DNA of 64,000 nucleotides from an uncultured Acidobacteriota bacterium (GTDB lineage: Bacteria; Acidobacteriota; UBA6911): the NCBI GenBank assembly GCA_963809485.1, contig CAWEJX010000020.1, forward strand, positions 1,280,001 through 1,344,000. The letters run 5' to 3'. The notes beneath the pieces were generated by a model. That model was given only the letters and a program-made list of their open reading frames with translations, was not told where the DNA came from and did no database searches. Within the stretch, counting starts at the first letter, position 1, and every line of letters begins with the position of its first letter. The translations under genes and the position numbers were made by a program. This document shows, piece by piece, positions 52,772-64,000 of the stretch.

Positions 52772-53815
52772 TCAGCTCCTGGTCAATGCGGAAATCTCCG
52801 TTCGAATCCTTTTGAGGCTCAGTCCAAGACGCGTAAAAACCAGCAGGCCGATAATCCAGAGGGGGATAGTAAGAATCAGAAACACGACAATAGAAAAACC
52901 GGTTGCCAGCGTTTTGTTAATTCCGAAGAGTGTAAGTCCAACAACAGTGAAAAACTGATACGTCCCCACATTGGACGGAGCGCCTGGAATCAATGTGCCG
53001 ATATGAACTATCAGAAGCACGGCAGCGCCATGCCAGAACGAAAGCTCGAATCCATACCCCAGCATGACAAACCAATAGGACAGAATCTGGCCAACTAGCA
53101 GAAGCAGAGAAATTCCAAAGCTGGAATAAAAGAATCGGGACCGCCCGATGTCGCGGACGCCGCCTGTCACCCGATCCAGCAGGCTCGATATCCACCCGAG
53201 CGGACGCCAATAGCGCCTTTCCCTTTCCGGTCGGGCTGCGATATCACCCTTCCTGTGAAATACCAGATACATAAAAAAGATGGCGGCGGCCAGGGCTGTA
53301 AAACCAAGAATTTCTTCCGCATCAATAAGGTATTTGGGAAGCGGAACAATGAACACGGTGATTCCAAATGCCAGCGTCAGCCAGATGGCATCGAAGAATC
53401 TTTCAACCAGAATGGAAGGAACAACAGTGGCAAAGCGTACCGGGATCCAACGGGACATCAGGTAGATGCGAAGAACCTCGCCTAAACGCATTGGCAGGAT
53501 TTCATTGACGAACAGGCCGGCGTATATGGCCTGAGTCGCCCGAAATGTCGAAGCGCGTCCGATGGGATGCAGCAACAGACTCCAACGCATACCTTGACTT
53601 ACATAACTGAGAATGTCGAAAATAACGGCGCCGGCCACCCACCACCAGTTGATGGCAGTTATCGAGCTCATTAATTCGCCGGTCCTGACATCGTGAAAAA
53701 CCCATATAAGGCATAGCGCGGCGATGATATAGCCTGGCGCTGTTTTCCAGACTCCGGAAAATCCGGACGTTCCCCTGCCTGCTGGTGGCTCGGAATTATT
53801 TGTTGGCGTTTCCAT
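52772..53815 (-). CDS. Lysylphosphatidylglycerol synthase TM (flippase-like) domain protein
   Basis: RWSLLL, LPMRLGEVLR, ERFFD, PGAPSNVGTYQ. Confidence 0.8.
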   Translation of the reverse strand: METPTNNSEPPAGRGTSGFSGVWKTAPGYIIAALCLIWVFHDVRTGELMSSITAINWWWVAGAVIFDILSYVSQGMRWSLLLHPIGRASTFRATQAIYAGLFVNEILPMRLGEVLRIYLMSRWIPVRFATVVPSILVERFFDAIWLTLAFGITVFIVPLPKYLIDAEEILGFTALAAAIFFMYLVFHRKGDIAARPERERRYWRPLGWISSLLDRVTGGVRDIGRSRFFYSSFGISLLLLVGQILSYWFVMLGYGFELSFWHGAAVLLIVHIGTLIPGAPSNVGTYQFFTVVGLTLFGINKTLATGFSIVVFLILTIPLWIIGLLVFTRLGLSLKRIRTEISALTRS

Positions 53816-53858
53816 GCCGGTTGCCGTTCCGATTAATGCTGGAGGAAATAAAAAAGAT

Positions 53859-55520
53859 TTATTCATGGATTTCAGACACCTCGGAGATTGCATGTGCCAC
53901 ACGCGGGAGGTTGAGCACATTACGATAAACAATGTATCGAGGCTCCCAGATGGTTGCAAATTTGGCTTTGTAGTGCAGCAATCCCTGATAGCTGAAAAGG
54001 AAATTAAGCTGTTGCATGAAATAATGAACAGCTCTTTCTTCAACGGAAGCTTCTTCGTGCTCTTGAAACCCAGACATTGGAGCCATCCCAAGGCTGAATC
54101 GCAGATATCCTTCCTCTTTCTTTGCGAAAAACAATTTGGTGAACAGGTAGTCCATTATCCCGGGAGGAGCATCGGGCAAGTGCCGCATCAAATCGATTGT
54201 TGCTTCTCCTTTGCAGAAAGAAGGAATGCTATTCATGAAAGCAAGAATTGTCTCGGTCGGATCCACCGCGGCATATACAGGCGTCGAGCGGATATATTCG
54301 GGATCGAAGGATCCCAGCGTAAACGTGCGTTCATGCCTGCCGGGGATCTGAAGCCAGCCATCCGATACCTGCCTTAGCTGCTCCATGACTTCCGGGGATA
54401 TAGGTGGATCATAGCGGGTAAACTTAAATCCCAGCTTCTCCAATTGATTGGTGGCGTGCCGCAGCTTCTTGGCTTCTTTTCCGTCCAATGTGAAATTGGC
54501 CAGATCGACGATGGCATCATCCCCGATTTTGAGCTTCCGGAATCCCAGCTTTTTATAAATAGGCAGAAAATCAGGCAGAGTCTGATGGAAAGCTACACGC
54601 CAATCATTATTCGCGCAATATTCAGCGAATCCCCGGATGATCGATTCGATTTCTTCCTCTGGACCAACAGGATCTCCCAATGCCACAGCGGCGCCGCCGC
54701 CGACTCGAAAGGCGATATAACACCGCCGGCTTTTGGAGAAAAAGAAGGTTTTGTCGGGCCAGTATTTAAAAAAATCGAGCGATGAACGCCCATATCGCGC
54801 CGTTAATTCCTCGGCAAGCTTGCGTTCATGCGGCAACGTTCTGAAACGATAAACCACCGGCCGGAAGACGGCGAAAAGGGCATATGCCATTGCCGTTACC
54901 GTCATGACATTGAGTGAATCAAGAAACCAGCGCGCATGGTGTGTTCTAGGAACGATCCCGGCGTCGCCTGCCAGTGATAGGAACGAAAGCGTCTGCTTAA
55001 CGGACTCACCAATCGTGAAATTAATGCCAAACTCGCGCGTATCGAGAAACCAGAATCCCGCAATTCCATAGATGAAAGCCGCGATTAATGCGATGCCTAA
55101 TCTAAGGAAACCCCATCTCAGGCTCGGAATTCTGCTCTCGACCGTGAAGGTTTTCCGGCTGAGCCATAGCAGTATAATTAACACAACCGATAAAGTCGCT
55201 TCCTCGTAATCCAGGCCTTTGGCCATATAGAAAAAGATGGATAGAAATGAGAGCAGCAGCGTTATCCGGAAAGCCCTCTTTTTTCTTTTATATATGTTGA
55301 GGGACAGGGCAATGAGAGCAAAACCTGTTAGCAGAGTCAAGAAACGTGACAGATGGATAAAAACCAGGGGAAAAATCTCATGCAGAATAGCCGCACGCTC
55401 AGGCAGAGCACGGCTGAGAACGGAAAAAAGGTTCAATAGTCCGCTACCCAGAACTACCAACGCCAAAAGAAAATTCCCGATCCCTCGAAAAGTGCTTTGT
55501 CCTTGGTTGTTCAAAGTCAT
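53859..55520 (-). CDS. Phosphatidylglycerol lysyltransferase (MprF C-terminal, DUF2156)
   Basis: KGLDYEEA, LGDPVG, DLMRH, SLGMAP, GLLHYKAKF. Confidence 0.88.
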   Translation of the reverse strand: MTLNNQGQSTFRGIGNFLLALVVLGSGLLNLFSVLSRALPERAAILHEIFPLVFIHLSRFLTLLTGFALIALSLNIYKRKKRAFRITLLLSFLSIFFYMAKGLDYEEATLSVVLIILLWLSRKTFTVESRIPSLRWGFLRLGIALIAAFIYGIAGFWFLDTREFGINFTIGESVKQTLSFLSLAGDAGIVPRTHHARWFLDSLNVMTVTAMAYALFAVFRPVVYRFRTLPHERKLAEELTARYGRSSLDFFKYWPDKTFFFSKSRRCYIAFRVGGGAAVALGDPVGPEEEIESIIRGFAEYCANNDWRVAFHQTLPDFLPIYKKLGFRKLKIGDDAIVDLANFTLDGKEAKKLRHATNQLEKLGFKFTRYDPPISPEVMEQLRQVSDGWLQIPGRHERTFTLGSFDPEYIRSTPVYAAVDPTETILAFMNSIPSFCKGEATIDLMRHLPDAPPGIMDYLFTKLFFAKKEEGYLRFSLGMAPMSGFQEHEEASVEERAVHYFMQQLNFLFSYQGLLHYKAKFATIWEPRYIVYRNVLNLPRVAHAISEVSEIHE

Positions 55521-55659
55521 CTGTCCGCTCCGGTAATATCAGCGGCCTATCCGCACATAACTGCTATTTTACTTTAATATGATGCCTGTTGTATAAACTT
55601 GTGAAAGGCAGAATACAACGGAGTCGTTGCCGCATAATCTGAAGAGAGGATGAAGCGCG

Positions 55660-57072
55660 ATGAAAAATGCTATTCTCTGCTTCTACCTGTTTTCCCTTGT
55701 TCCATCGCTGATCGCTAAAGAAGAGTCGTTGACTTTCGGGCCTTTCGGCAAGATCACCCTGTACTATGAATCAACTCAACCCGGCAATGTAGCCCTGTTC
55801 GTTTCGGGGGACGGGGGATGGAATCTGGGTGTGGTGGACATGGCTCGTGACCTTGCATCGCTTGGCACCTTGGTTGTCGGGATTGATATCAACCATTTTT
55901 TAAAGGAGAAGGAAACCTCCGGTGAAAAATGCCTTTATCCTGCCGCCGATTTCGAAGCGCTCAGCAAGTTTGTTCAGATGAAGCTGCAGTATCCGAGCTA
56001 TCTGACGCCGGTTCTTATAGGATACTCGTCCGGTGCAACGCTCATCTATGCTGCGCTGGTTCAGGCGCCGCCCAATACTTTTCTTGGGGGCATCAGCATG
56101 GGCTTCTGTCCGGATCTCCTGCTTGCCAAGCCGATGTGCCGGGGCAGCGGCCTCGATTGGACAACCGGTCCCAAGGGGAAAGGCTATATCTTTCTTCCTG
56201 CCACATCTCTTGAAGTACCGTGGATTGCGCTTCAGGGCATGATCGATCAGGTCTGCGCGCCAAAAGCGACTGAGAGTTTTGTTAAAAAGGTGCCCCAGGC
56301 TGAGGTGCTAGTACTGCCCAGAGTGGGTCATGGATTTTCGGTCCCCAAAAACTGGATGCCACAATTCAAGCAGGCGTTTTCCAGCATAACCGCCCGAGCA
56401 AAGAAAGAGGATGCCGCTCCAAAGGTCAAATCAAATGGAGAATCCCAGTCACTGTCGGACCTTCCGCTTGTTGAAGTGCCCGCAACGCGAGGGCACTCCA
56501 ACATAATGGGAGTCATCGTCACCGGCGATGGGGGGTGGGGGGTAACGGACCGCGGCATTGCTCAAAACCTGGCAGCGGTGGGTATACCGGTCGTGGGATT
56601 AAATTCCCTCCGCTACTTCTGGAATCGCAAAACTCCTGAACAAACAGCGGCAGACCTAAACCGGATATTGCAGCATTACAGTGCTCTTTGGCACCGAGGC
56701 GAAGTTATTGTAATCGGCTATTCTTTTGGCGCCGATGTTTTGCCCTTTGCGCTGAATCGAATCCCGCGCGAGAGCCAGCAGATAATTAAGGCCGTCGCCT
56801 TCCTCGGACTCAGTTCGACAGCGGATTTTCAATTCCATTTGACTGATTGGTTTGGCACCCGCAAGCGATCGACGGCGCAGATGGTTCGTCCCGAGGTGGA
56901 AAAACTGCGCGGCAGAAAAATGCTTTGTTTCTATGGAACCGATGATGACGATGCGATCTGCGGACAGCTTGATCAAGGACTTGTGAAGGCCATCCCCATC
57001 CGGGGGGGACACCGATATGGAAAAGGATACCAGCCGATCGTCGATTCCATCCTCCAGGAAATCGCTCCATAG
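55660..57072 (+). CDS. acvB: AcvB/VirJ-family lysyl-PG hydrolase
   Basis: Two halves with SGDGGW/TGDGGW and GYSSG/GYSFG; C-terminal GGH. Confidence 0.85.
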   Translation: MKNAILCFYLFSLVPSLIAKEESLTFGPFGKITLYYESTQPGNVALFVSGDGGWNLGVVDMARDLASLGTLVVGIDINHFLKEKETSGEKCLYPAADFEALSKFVQMKLQYPSYLTPVLIGYSSGATLIYAALVQAPPNTFLGGISMGFCPDLLLAKPMCRGSGLDWTTGPKGKGYIFLPATSLEVPWIALQGMIDQVCAPKATESFVKKVPQAEVLVLPRVGHGFSVPKNWMPQFKQAFSSITARAKKEDAAPKVKSNGESQSLSDLPLVEVPATRGHSNIMGVIVTGDGGWGVTDRGIAQNLAAVGIPVVGLNSLRYFWNRKTPEQTAADLNRILQHYSALWHRGEVIVIGYSFGADVLPFALNRIPRESQQIIKAVAFLGLSSTADFQFHLTDWFGTRKRSTAQMVRPEVEKLRGRKMLCFYGTDDDDAICGQLDQGLVKAIPIRGGHRYGKGYQPIVDSILQEIAP

Positions 57073-57233
57073 GTTCCGGCTAGCATCATCCGAGAAACGT
57101 GAGATCAAAGGGAAGTTTTAGCCGGCAGCGCCATTCCCAGCGCGCTGACGCACTAGCCACAACCACGGCATAGTAATCCCGCCTCGGATTTTTAAAGATC
57201 TGAAGCCCGGCCAAACTAATGCTGCAGGATATC

Positions 57234-57890
57234 TTAGCAGCCTTCCTTCTTTTTCTTCGGAGATATTGCAGTACCGGTCGGCGATTCGGGAAGTTGCAGT
57301 TTGGGCAAGGGCCGCGCTGCATCGGGGCTTTTTGCAGTGCCTTCGGTCTGGGGGGTCCCTCCGAAAAACTTGCTGACTTCCTTCGTTTTGGGGAACGTCG
57401 CCTGCTGTTCCAGGACTTGGATTCGACGGTGGAGTCGGAAAGAGCACCAAGTCTTTCCAATCATCCAATCCTCCCCGGAGCATGTAAACAGATTTGTATC
57501 CCATCGCCTTCAATAAAAACCACGACTGCGCTGAGTGAATGCCGCCTTCGGAATAAAGGATGAACTTTCTCATTTCGTTGTAGTCCATAGTCGGGCAAGC
57601 GTGGCCAGCGGAACGTTTTCTGCGCTGGGGATATGGTACTGGTCATATTCTGCCTTGCTGCGCAGATCGATCAGGCGGTAATCGGATTTTCCTTTGACTA
57701 TCCAGTCCGCAAGATCTGCGGGAGCTACGTGGTCCACTTCGCGTTGCACGATGCCGGCGAGGTCGGTTGCGTCGATAGTAACGCGGGTTCCTTTGTATGG
57801 ATTGCCCGCGAAGGCTGCAATCAAACCTAACAGACAAACAAGCAAACCGGCCTTTGTATTCCGTCCCATTTTTTTCAGGTTGAGCTTCAT
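57234..57890 (-). CDS. Rhodanese-like domain protein (frameshifted) ending KKKKEGC
   Basis: LIDLR...YHIPSA, LRGGLDDW. Confidence 0.75.
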
Positions 57891-58492
57891 GATTCCTGCC
57901 CTCCCTTTTTGGCCGCCATTGTTTTCTCTACCCAGGTGGCTCCGGCAAAACCTCCTACGGCGATAAGCACTACGAGGAAGACAACGACTCCATAGGGCAT
58001 GCGCAGCAGCTCCGGCAGAGTAATCTGCCCCATCGGCGTCGCATTGTAAAACCCCTTCAAAATAGGAAAAGCCTCGCCGAAAACGAAGATACCGGCAATG
58101 ACTCCGGCGAGAAACGCGATTGCGTCAATTTTGGCGGTCGACACGGCGACACATGCGGTACCGGGACAGTACCCGCCGACTGCGAAGCCGATGCCGAGAA
58201 TCAGCCCGCCGGCAATTTGCGGGAGCAGATAGGTGGGCGTGATATATACCAGAGAGACATCCAAAAATCCGATCCAGCCAAGATAGAAGATGCCAAGCAT
58301 CGCGGTGACGATGGCGGTAAACATGACCTTAAATACCGCCAGGTCCGTCAGGTAAAACTGCGCCGTCAGTTTGCGCGCGCTGCCGAAACCTGCCCGCTCC
58401 AGGAAGAACCCGAAGCCGATCCCTATCAGGAATGCAAGAACAAGGCTAAGGCTGTCCCCGAATAGTCCGAATTTGAAGAATGGTGCGCTCAT
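57887..58492 (-). CDS. YeeE/YedE sulfur transporter (second)
   Basis: FGFFLERAGF, GYCPGT. Confidence 0.8.
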   Translation of the reverse strand: MSAPFFKFGLFGDSLSLVLAFLIGIGFGFFLERAGFGSARKLTAQFYLTDLAVFKVMFTAIVTAMLGIFYLGWIGFLDVSLVYITPTYLLPQIAGGLILGIGFAVGGYCPGTACVAVSTAKIDAIAFLAGVIAGIFVFGEAFPILKGFYNATPMGQITLPELLRMPYGVVVFLVVLIAVGGFAGATWVEKTMAAKKGGQES

Positions 58493-59071
58493 TTCCATTG
58501 CCTCCTCACAAACCATGCCGTGGCATAAGCGCCCGCAAAGACACACATCATAAACGCCCAACTGCCTACGCCGAGCAACGCCCCGCCGGTCAGAGGCTTG
58601 ACCGCTCGTGCAACCGCGCGCGAGCTTGGCCCCGATCCCCATGAGCACTCCGCCGATGAAGGCGAATATCAAACGCCACCTGTTGGTGATAGAAGGTCCC
58701 CGTTCAATAGACTTTGCTATCCTCCCCGCCAGGGCTCCTGAGATTAAACCTCCCGCGAAAACGCCTATGACTTCGAAAACCAGCCAATCCATCAGCGGAT
58801 TTTTGGTCCCATCGCCGAGATACTCCGCATAAAACTCGTTTGCGCCGGTATGTGCCGGGGCCACCGCGTGTGCGACCGAGGCGACCAGTGAACTGAAAGC
58901 ACCCGATGCCCCGAGACCACGCCCCATAATCACGAAGGCGGCAAGAAGAACCAGGCCCAAGCCAAAACCTGCGGCGTATGGATTGGAGTAAGGTTTGGGA
59001 CCGAGCGCAGTTTCATCCCTTGTCCGTGTGCCAGCACCCTCAATTGCGGATGAATTCACTTCTGTGTTCAT
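58489..59071 (-). CDS. YeeE/YedE sulfur transporter (first; frameshift near 58590)
   Basis: GLGASG, ARGCTSGQA; corrected frame ends WFVRRQWK* with an ATGA overlap. Confidence 0.75.
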
Positions 59072-59083
59072 GAGGTGTTCTCC

Positions 59084-60044
59084 TTACTTCAGCGTGGAGA
59101 TCATGTTCCAGTGACTTGCCTGACCCGCGTACACAATCACCAGGCGGAGAATAAAACCGCCGGCGATAACCATGATCGGAGCAACCGGCGTGTGCCGGAT
59201 CCGGTGACTCACCGCTAACGACTGAATGAACAGCGGGATCACAATTCCCAGGCAAACAACGAAAACCAGAAATACGGGAGCAAATGGGCCATTAAGGATC
59301 AGCTTTGCAGCGTTAATGTGAACCTCAGTTGAACTGAGCAGGCCCGTAATAAACAGGAAGATGACGAGAAGCTCTGTACCCAGAAATCCGTTGTCGGCTT
59401 TAGCAAGCAAAACTCGTTCATAGGGATCTCGCGCGATCAAGTGCACGAATGCAGCTGCGGTGGAAAGGCCGGAGACAAGGAATAGCGGACCCAGCAGAGC
59501 GCTGTTCCATAGCGGACGCGCGCCCAAAGCGCTTAAAAGAATCCCCGTATAAATACCCAGCATGGCGCCCAGGACCATATTCGAGATGCCGATGAATTTA
59601 ACCAGAGCCGCATTTTCCAGCGATTTTTCGACGAGCACTCTTAACGGACGGGAAGAAAGCTTTCAAAGGCTCCGGCAGGCGCAAGAACAACGCAGCGAGA
59701 AGCGCCGGATACACCAGCAATAGAATCCATGCCCCCCAGGACATCGGAGAAGCCGGCTTGAACGTGAGATACATACGCCAGAAATACCACTTGTGCTCCA
59801 GATCCAAAAACAAAGCCAGCATCCCGAGACTCAACAAAACCATGCATAAACCCGGAAGGAGGGCGCAGGAGCAACTAAGTTCTTTGTGGCGTCCCTTGAA
59901 CAGGAAATAGCCGAGGATAATCATCATCCCGGCCACCATTCCCCCAAGGAAGAGATAAATCGCAATCTCGACTCCCCAGACCTTGAGCAGCGGATCAACC
60001 AACTCATTATGCCGGGTTGTGACCAGTTCGCGGATCGGATTCAC
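59084..60044 (-). CDS. NrfD/PsrC membrane anchor (frameshifted)
   Basis: IYLFLGG, SPMSWGAW, YTGILL, RPLWN. Confidence 0.85.
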
Positions 60045-60073
60045 AGGTTCTCACTCCGGGGAAATACTTCCGT

Positions 60074-60614
60074 TCAATCCAGGTACCATATCTGCGGCTT
60101 CGTTCCGGCCGAATCGATCAAAACGTGGCTACGCCGCTCATTAAGCAGGCGGGAGACCTCGCTGTTGGCATCTTCCAGGTCGCCGAAATGCATGCAGTGT
60201 GTCGGGCAGACCGAAACACACGCCGGATCCACGCCTTTCTCGACCCTGTGAATGCAGAAAGTGCATTTATCCACGATAACCCTCCGGATGGACAAAGCGC
60301 GCATCGTAGGGACAGGCTGCCATGCACGCTTTGCATCCCACGCATTTTTCATGATAGACAAGCACCACGCCACCGCGCTCGTGGACATGGCTGGCACCGC
60401 AGGGACAGCAATAGACGCACGGCGGGTTATCGCAATGATTGCAGCGCTCACTTCGGATCTCGGTGAGCAGCGTGGGGTACTGCCCCTTCGTGTCGTAGAC
60501 AATCCAGTCGCGATCGAAGCCTTGCGGGACCTGATTCTCGGTCTTGCAGGCCACAACGCAATCCATGCAGCCCACACATTTCTTTGTATCGATGACCATG
60601 CCGTAACGGGCCAC
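60074..60614 (-). CDS. 4Fe-4S dicluster protein, PsrB/NrfC-like (frameshifted)
   Basis: [29 protein letters not shown]. Confidence 0.88.
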
Positions 60615-60616
60615 GC

Positions 60617-62822
60617 TTATGCCTCCTCGAGCTCGAAGGTCACGAAGTTGACGTTCATCCCGGTTCCACCCATGAGCGGGTCCGTTGCGTATTTGGTGAT
60701 CAGCTGGGCGTCGCTCGCTCCCTTGCCGAAAGCGTGCTTGAGTCCTTTAGAGGTATGGCCAAAGCCATGGACCATGTAAACGCAATCAGGGCGGATTCGC
60801 TCGGTCACCCGGACTCGAACACGATTGCTGACAGCCTTGTCCTGGTTTTTCAAGCGGACGTATGCTCCGTTTGGAGATGCCATGTTTTTTGGCGGTATCC
60901 GGGTGCACCCACAGGTCGTTTTCGCGCATCGCCTCCGAAAGGATCGGATTCGATTGAGTCCTGCTGAATGAGTGCACCGGGGCGCGGCCGTAGAGCAGCC
61001 GGAGATAGCCGGCAGGGCCATTCGGAGGACGGGTGTATTGCGGCACCGGAGACTAAGCCCGCTTTCTCCAAGCTGTAGGGAATAAAATTCAATCTTCCCG
61101 GATGGAGTGGCAAACTTATCGGGAGCACCTTCATCGAAATAAGACCGGCGCTTTGGAACCAAGGATGATGCCCTTTTTCTTCAATTCATCGAAGCTCAAG
61201 CCCGCCGCTGAAAGCCGGCGATTCAGATATTCCTCGATGTCTTTCCAGGGGAAATAGCTCCCCAATCCCAGCTTCCCGGCCAGCGCGCGCGCAATCCACC
61301 AATTGGGTTTCTGATCGTGAGGAGGACTGACAACAGGCTGGCGCAAGGCGACAAACGGTTCGCGGAACCACTCGACATTCAGGTCGTCGTATCGCTCGAG
61401 ATAGACGCGACTCCGGCAGAACGACATCCGCCCAGCCGGCAATTTCGCTCGGGATCACATCCACGACCACCATGAGGTCAAGGTTCTGCATCGCCCGAAT
61501 GGTTTCCTGCGCGTTGGGCAACGCTTCCATCAGGTTGGTCGCATAGACAAACCATCCCTTGATAGGATATGGCTTTCCCGTGATGGTCGCCTCGCGAATT
61601 CCCGTGGTGATTGCTTCGTCGGCGAAAGGGTATTTGTTTCCAGGATTGTCGGCTTTTTCTTTTTGCGGTTTTGGATACGCGGGATAGGGATATCCTGGAA
61701 CGTTCATGTTTGCCGGGTAATAGAATCCGCCTTTGCGCCCCCAGCTGCCCAGCAAAGCGTTCAACAGCGCGATTGCCCTGCTCCTCTGCGCGTCATCGCC
61801 ATACCATGTGACGTGTCGGCCCGGGTGCACGAGCGTTGGCGGGCTTATAGCGCGCCATCTCTCTCGCAGTCGAACGGATTAATTCGGGCTCAATGCCTGT
61901 CTCCGGGTATGCCCATTCCGGGGTGAAGGCCGAAACAGAAGCGGCAAACCGGTCGAAGCCAAACCCGTATTTCGCGACATATTCCTTGTCGTAAAGACTC
62001 TCATGAACCAGAACATTCATCCAGGCGAGGAGGAGCGCAAGGTCCGTCCCGGGGCGAATCGGGAGGTAATATTTCGCTTTGCCTGCTGCGATTGAGAACC
62101 GCGGGTCGACAACGATGATGCTCGCTCTCTTGTCGATCGCTTCGGCGAACTCCTGCACCTGGGTGTTGTGCATGTTTTCGCCCAGGTGTGATCCGATCAG
62201 CACGAGACAAGAGGCGTTGCGGATATCCGTTCTTTCCGGCGAGCTGACGTCTTCTCCGAATGTAAGGTTGAAGCCGACATCTCTCGGGCCGCGGCACTGG
62301 GCAAATGAAGGGGCCGCGATGTTGATCGCACCATACGATTTCAAGGTATGCCTGAGAAAATTTCCACCGATGCCGTGGGAGACAGGGCTAGAGACTCGGG
62401 GCCGTAGTCGGCCTTTATCTTTTGCATCTTCTCCGCAATGCAATTGAGCGCTTCATCCCAGGTTACGCTAATCCATTCCTCATCACCGCGTTTGAGTCTG
62501 CGCATGAGAGGAGTCCGCAGCCGGTCCGGATCGTAATGGGCGCCGATACCGCCGGTACCTCTCGGGCACAGCCTTCCGCGGCTGAGGGGGTCCGGGGATT
62601 TCCCTCTATTTTCCAGAGCGCGCCGTCCTTTACGTAGGCGATAGCTCCGCACTTCCAGAAGCAGATGTCACAAAAGGTTGGGATCTTCCGAATACCGAAC
62701 GCGGAGGCATTCTGCTTGCGAATCAGCGCATTAGCTGCCGCCGTGACCGCGGTAGCGCCCGCCGCAGCCCCAACAGCTGCGCCTGAGATTTTCAAGAACT
62801 TCCGACGTGAATAGAGGTTCAT
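60617..62822 (-). CDS. Molybdopterin oxidoreductase, PsrA/PhsA-like (several frameshifts)
   Basis: Tat motif SRRKFLK; CDICFWKC; LCPRG; HLGENMHN; [10 protein letters not shown]. Confidence 0.85.
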
Positions 62823-63459
62823 AGCAGCCCGGATTGTAAATACGAATAGGCTTGGACGCTTCGCTCAGTATCATACTATATCTGGATCAAAAGATGAATC
62901 TCCGGAACTAAATACCTGATTGAGTAAGGTAAAAATAATCAGGCGAGCTACAAGCAGCCAAAACAAATGAGCTATCGGAGCCAAGTTCGGCTATACCATT
63001 CCTAAGGCCAAATGGTTAGCTGCTCAGTTTGAAGATAATTATCTGGCAATATGGATCAGAAATACGGTTGGAAGCGGTCAACAAACAAACCGTCAAGATC
63101 CGGTTTCATTGCAAGCCGCAGGGATGAATCGCAGTAAGGTATGCTTGCTACTCTCACCGCGATGAAACGACATCCTAAAAGGAATGACTATGGTAACGCG
63201 ATCCCGAATCTGGAGAGTAGTTGTCTTTGCAGCGGGTTTTACGTGTCTCGTTGTGGCAAGGGCACAGCTTTTTTTCCTTGGTGATTATGTCCTCCCCCCT
63301 ATCATTCTTGAATTTGATTTCGCATACAGAAAATAATGACCGCGCCTCCGATCGATTACCTGTAATCCGTGAGGATGTGATCTCCCCCTCAAAAAATCCT
63401 CACTTTTTGTTATACTCACAGACTTCGTGAGTATAATGCGCAATGAAACGGGGGGGGGA

Positions 63460-64000
63460 ATGAGGACTCTAATCTGCTTTGCTTTCCTATGCTGTTCAAT
63501 GCAAACGTTTTCCCAGGATAATTCCGGGCCTTTTGGATTTGAAGCTGGAATGACAAAGCAACAAATCATTGAGATCGTCGGGGGCGGTGCGATAAAGGAA
63601 TTAAACGGGGATACTACTATTTTCACCAATGCACCCAAAGCCGATCCTAATTTTGAGTCTTATGCTTTGAGATTTTCTCCTGAAAATGGGTTGTTGAAAA
63701 TTGTGGCTATGAGCAAAAACATAAACACCAACGGCTTTGGAAATGAACTGAAGAGTACATTCAAAGACATTAGAGCCGCCCTTGTTAAAATCTATGGCAG
63801 ACCGATTCACGAAATGGATCTCCTCAATAATGGAAGTATCTGGACGGGGCCAGAGGACTGGATGACAGGACTGCTAAAAGGAGATCGCATCTTCGGCTGT
63901 AATTGGATAGATATCCCCCTCCCTAATAGAATCAGCGTTATACGCATTGATGTGACTGCTAAATCAAAAGAGATTGGTTGTTTATATCTAAGCTATGAAT
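63460..64000 (+). CDS. Secreted hypothetical protein (runs off the window end)
   Basis: MRTLICFAFLCC...GPFGFEAGMT, open to the window end. Confidence 0.6.
   Translation, partial: MRTLICFAFLCCSMQTFSQDNSGPFGFEAGMTKQQIIEIVGGGAIKELNGDTTIFTNAPKADPNFESYALRFSPENGLLKIVAMSKNINTNGFGNELKSTFKDIRAALVKIYGRPIHEMDLLNNGSIWTGPEDWMTGLLKGDRIFGCNWIDIPLPNRISVIRIDVTAKSKEIGCLYLSYE

Noticed and set aside
57887-59071. 394-aa fused YeeE/YedE ORF
   Set aside because: Artefact of one frameshift; the corrected frame gives two genes with an ATGA overlap
2282-62822. Frameshifts in crp, ompA, PBP, M48, BON and the psr operon as programmed recoding or pseudogenisation
   Set aside because: Scattered single-base indels in otherwise well-conserved genes fit sequencing error better; this cannot be resolved without reads

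Overview
Bacterial DNA, probably Acidobacteriota judging by gene families, and probably a long-read or metagenomic assembly because many genes carry single-base frameshifts. It falls into three blocks. (1) About 0.4-30 kb is a cluster of general-stress and envelope genes: PLD, Crp/Fnr regulator, OmpA, two CsbD, small membrane proteins, M48 peptidase, YihY, AI-2E, Hsp20, PAS-GGDEF-EAL, a sortase/VWA/LPxTA trio, dodecin and a beta/gamma-crystallin, plus many gene remnants. Thirteen transcription units here are preceded by the same ~65-bp promoter module: two 16-bp imperfect palindromes (TGAGCA-N4-TGAACW) 22 bp apart, the second overlapping a CTGACA-like -35, usually a 17-bp spacer, then a TATAAA-like -10. 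The proximal site is centred at -41.5, the CRP class II position, so this looks like a physically clustered regulon of the local Crp/Fnr protein. This is the main finding. (2) About 30-43.8 kb holds IS remnants, a flavoprotein cluster with ApbE and a Tat-exported FMN-binding reductase, and an AlbA/Schlafen-like ATPase-HTH protein. (3) From 43.9 kb to the window end is a probable genomic island bounded by a tRNA-Arg 3' fragment. It carries Xis/AlpA, DegP with a two-component system, MgtA, a split MprF with AcvB, and a Psr/Phs-type molybdoenzyme operon with YeeE/YedE and rhodanese genes. All family calls come from motif recognition; no searches were run.
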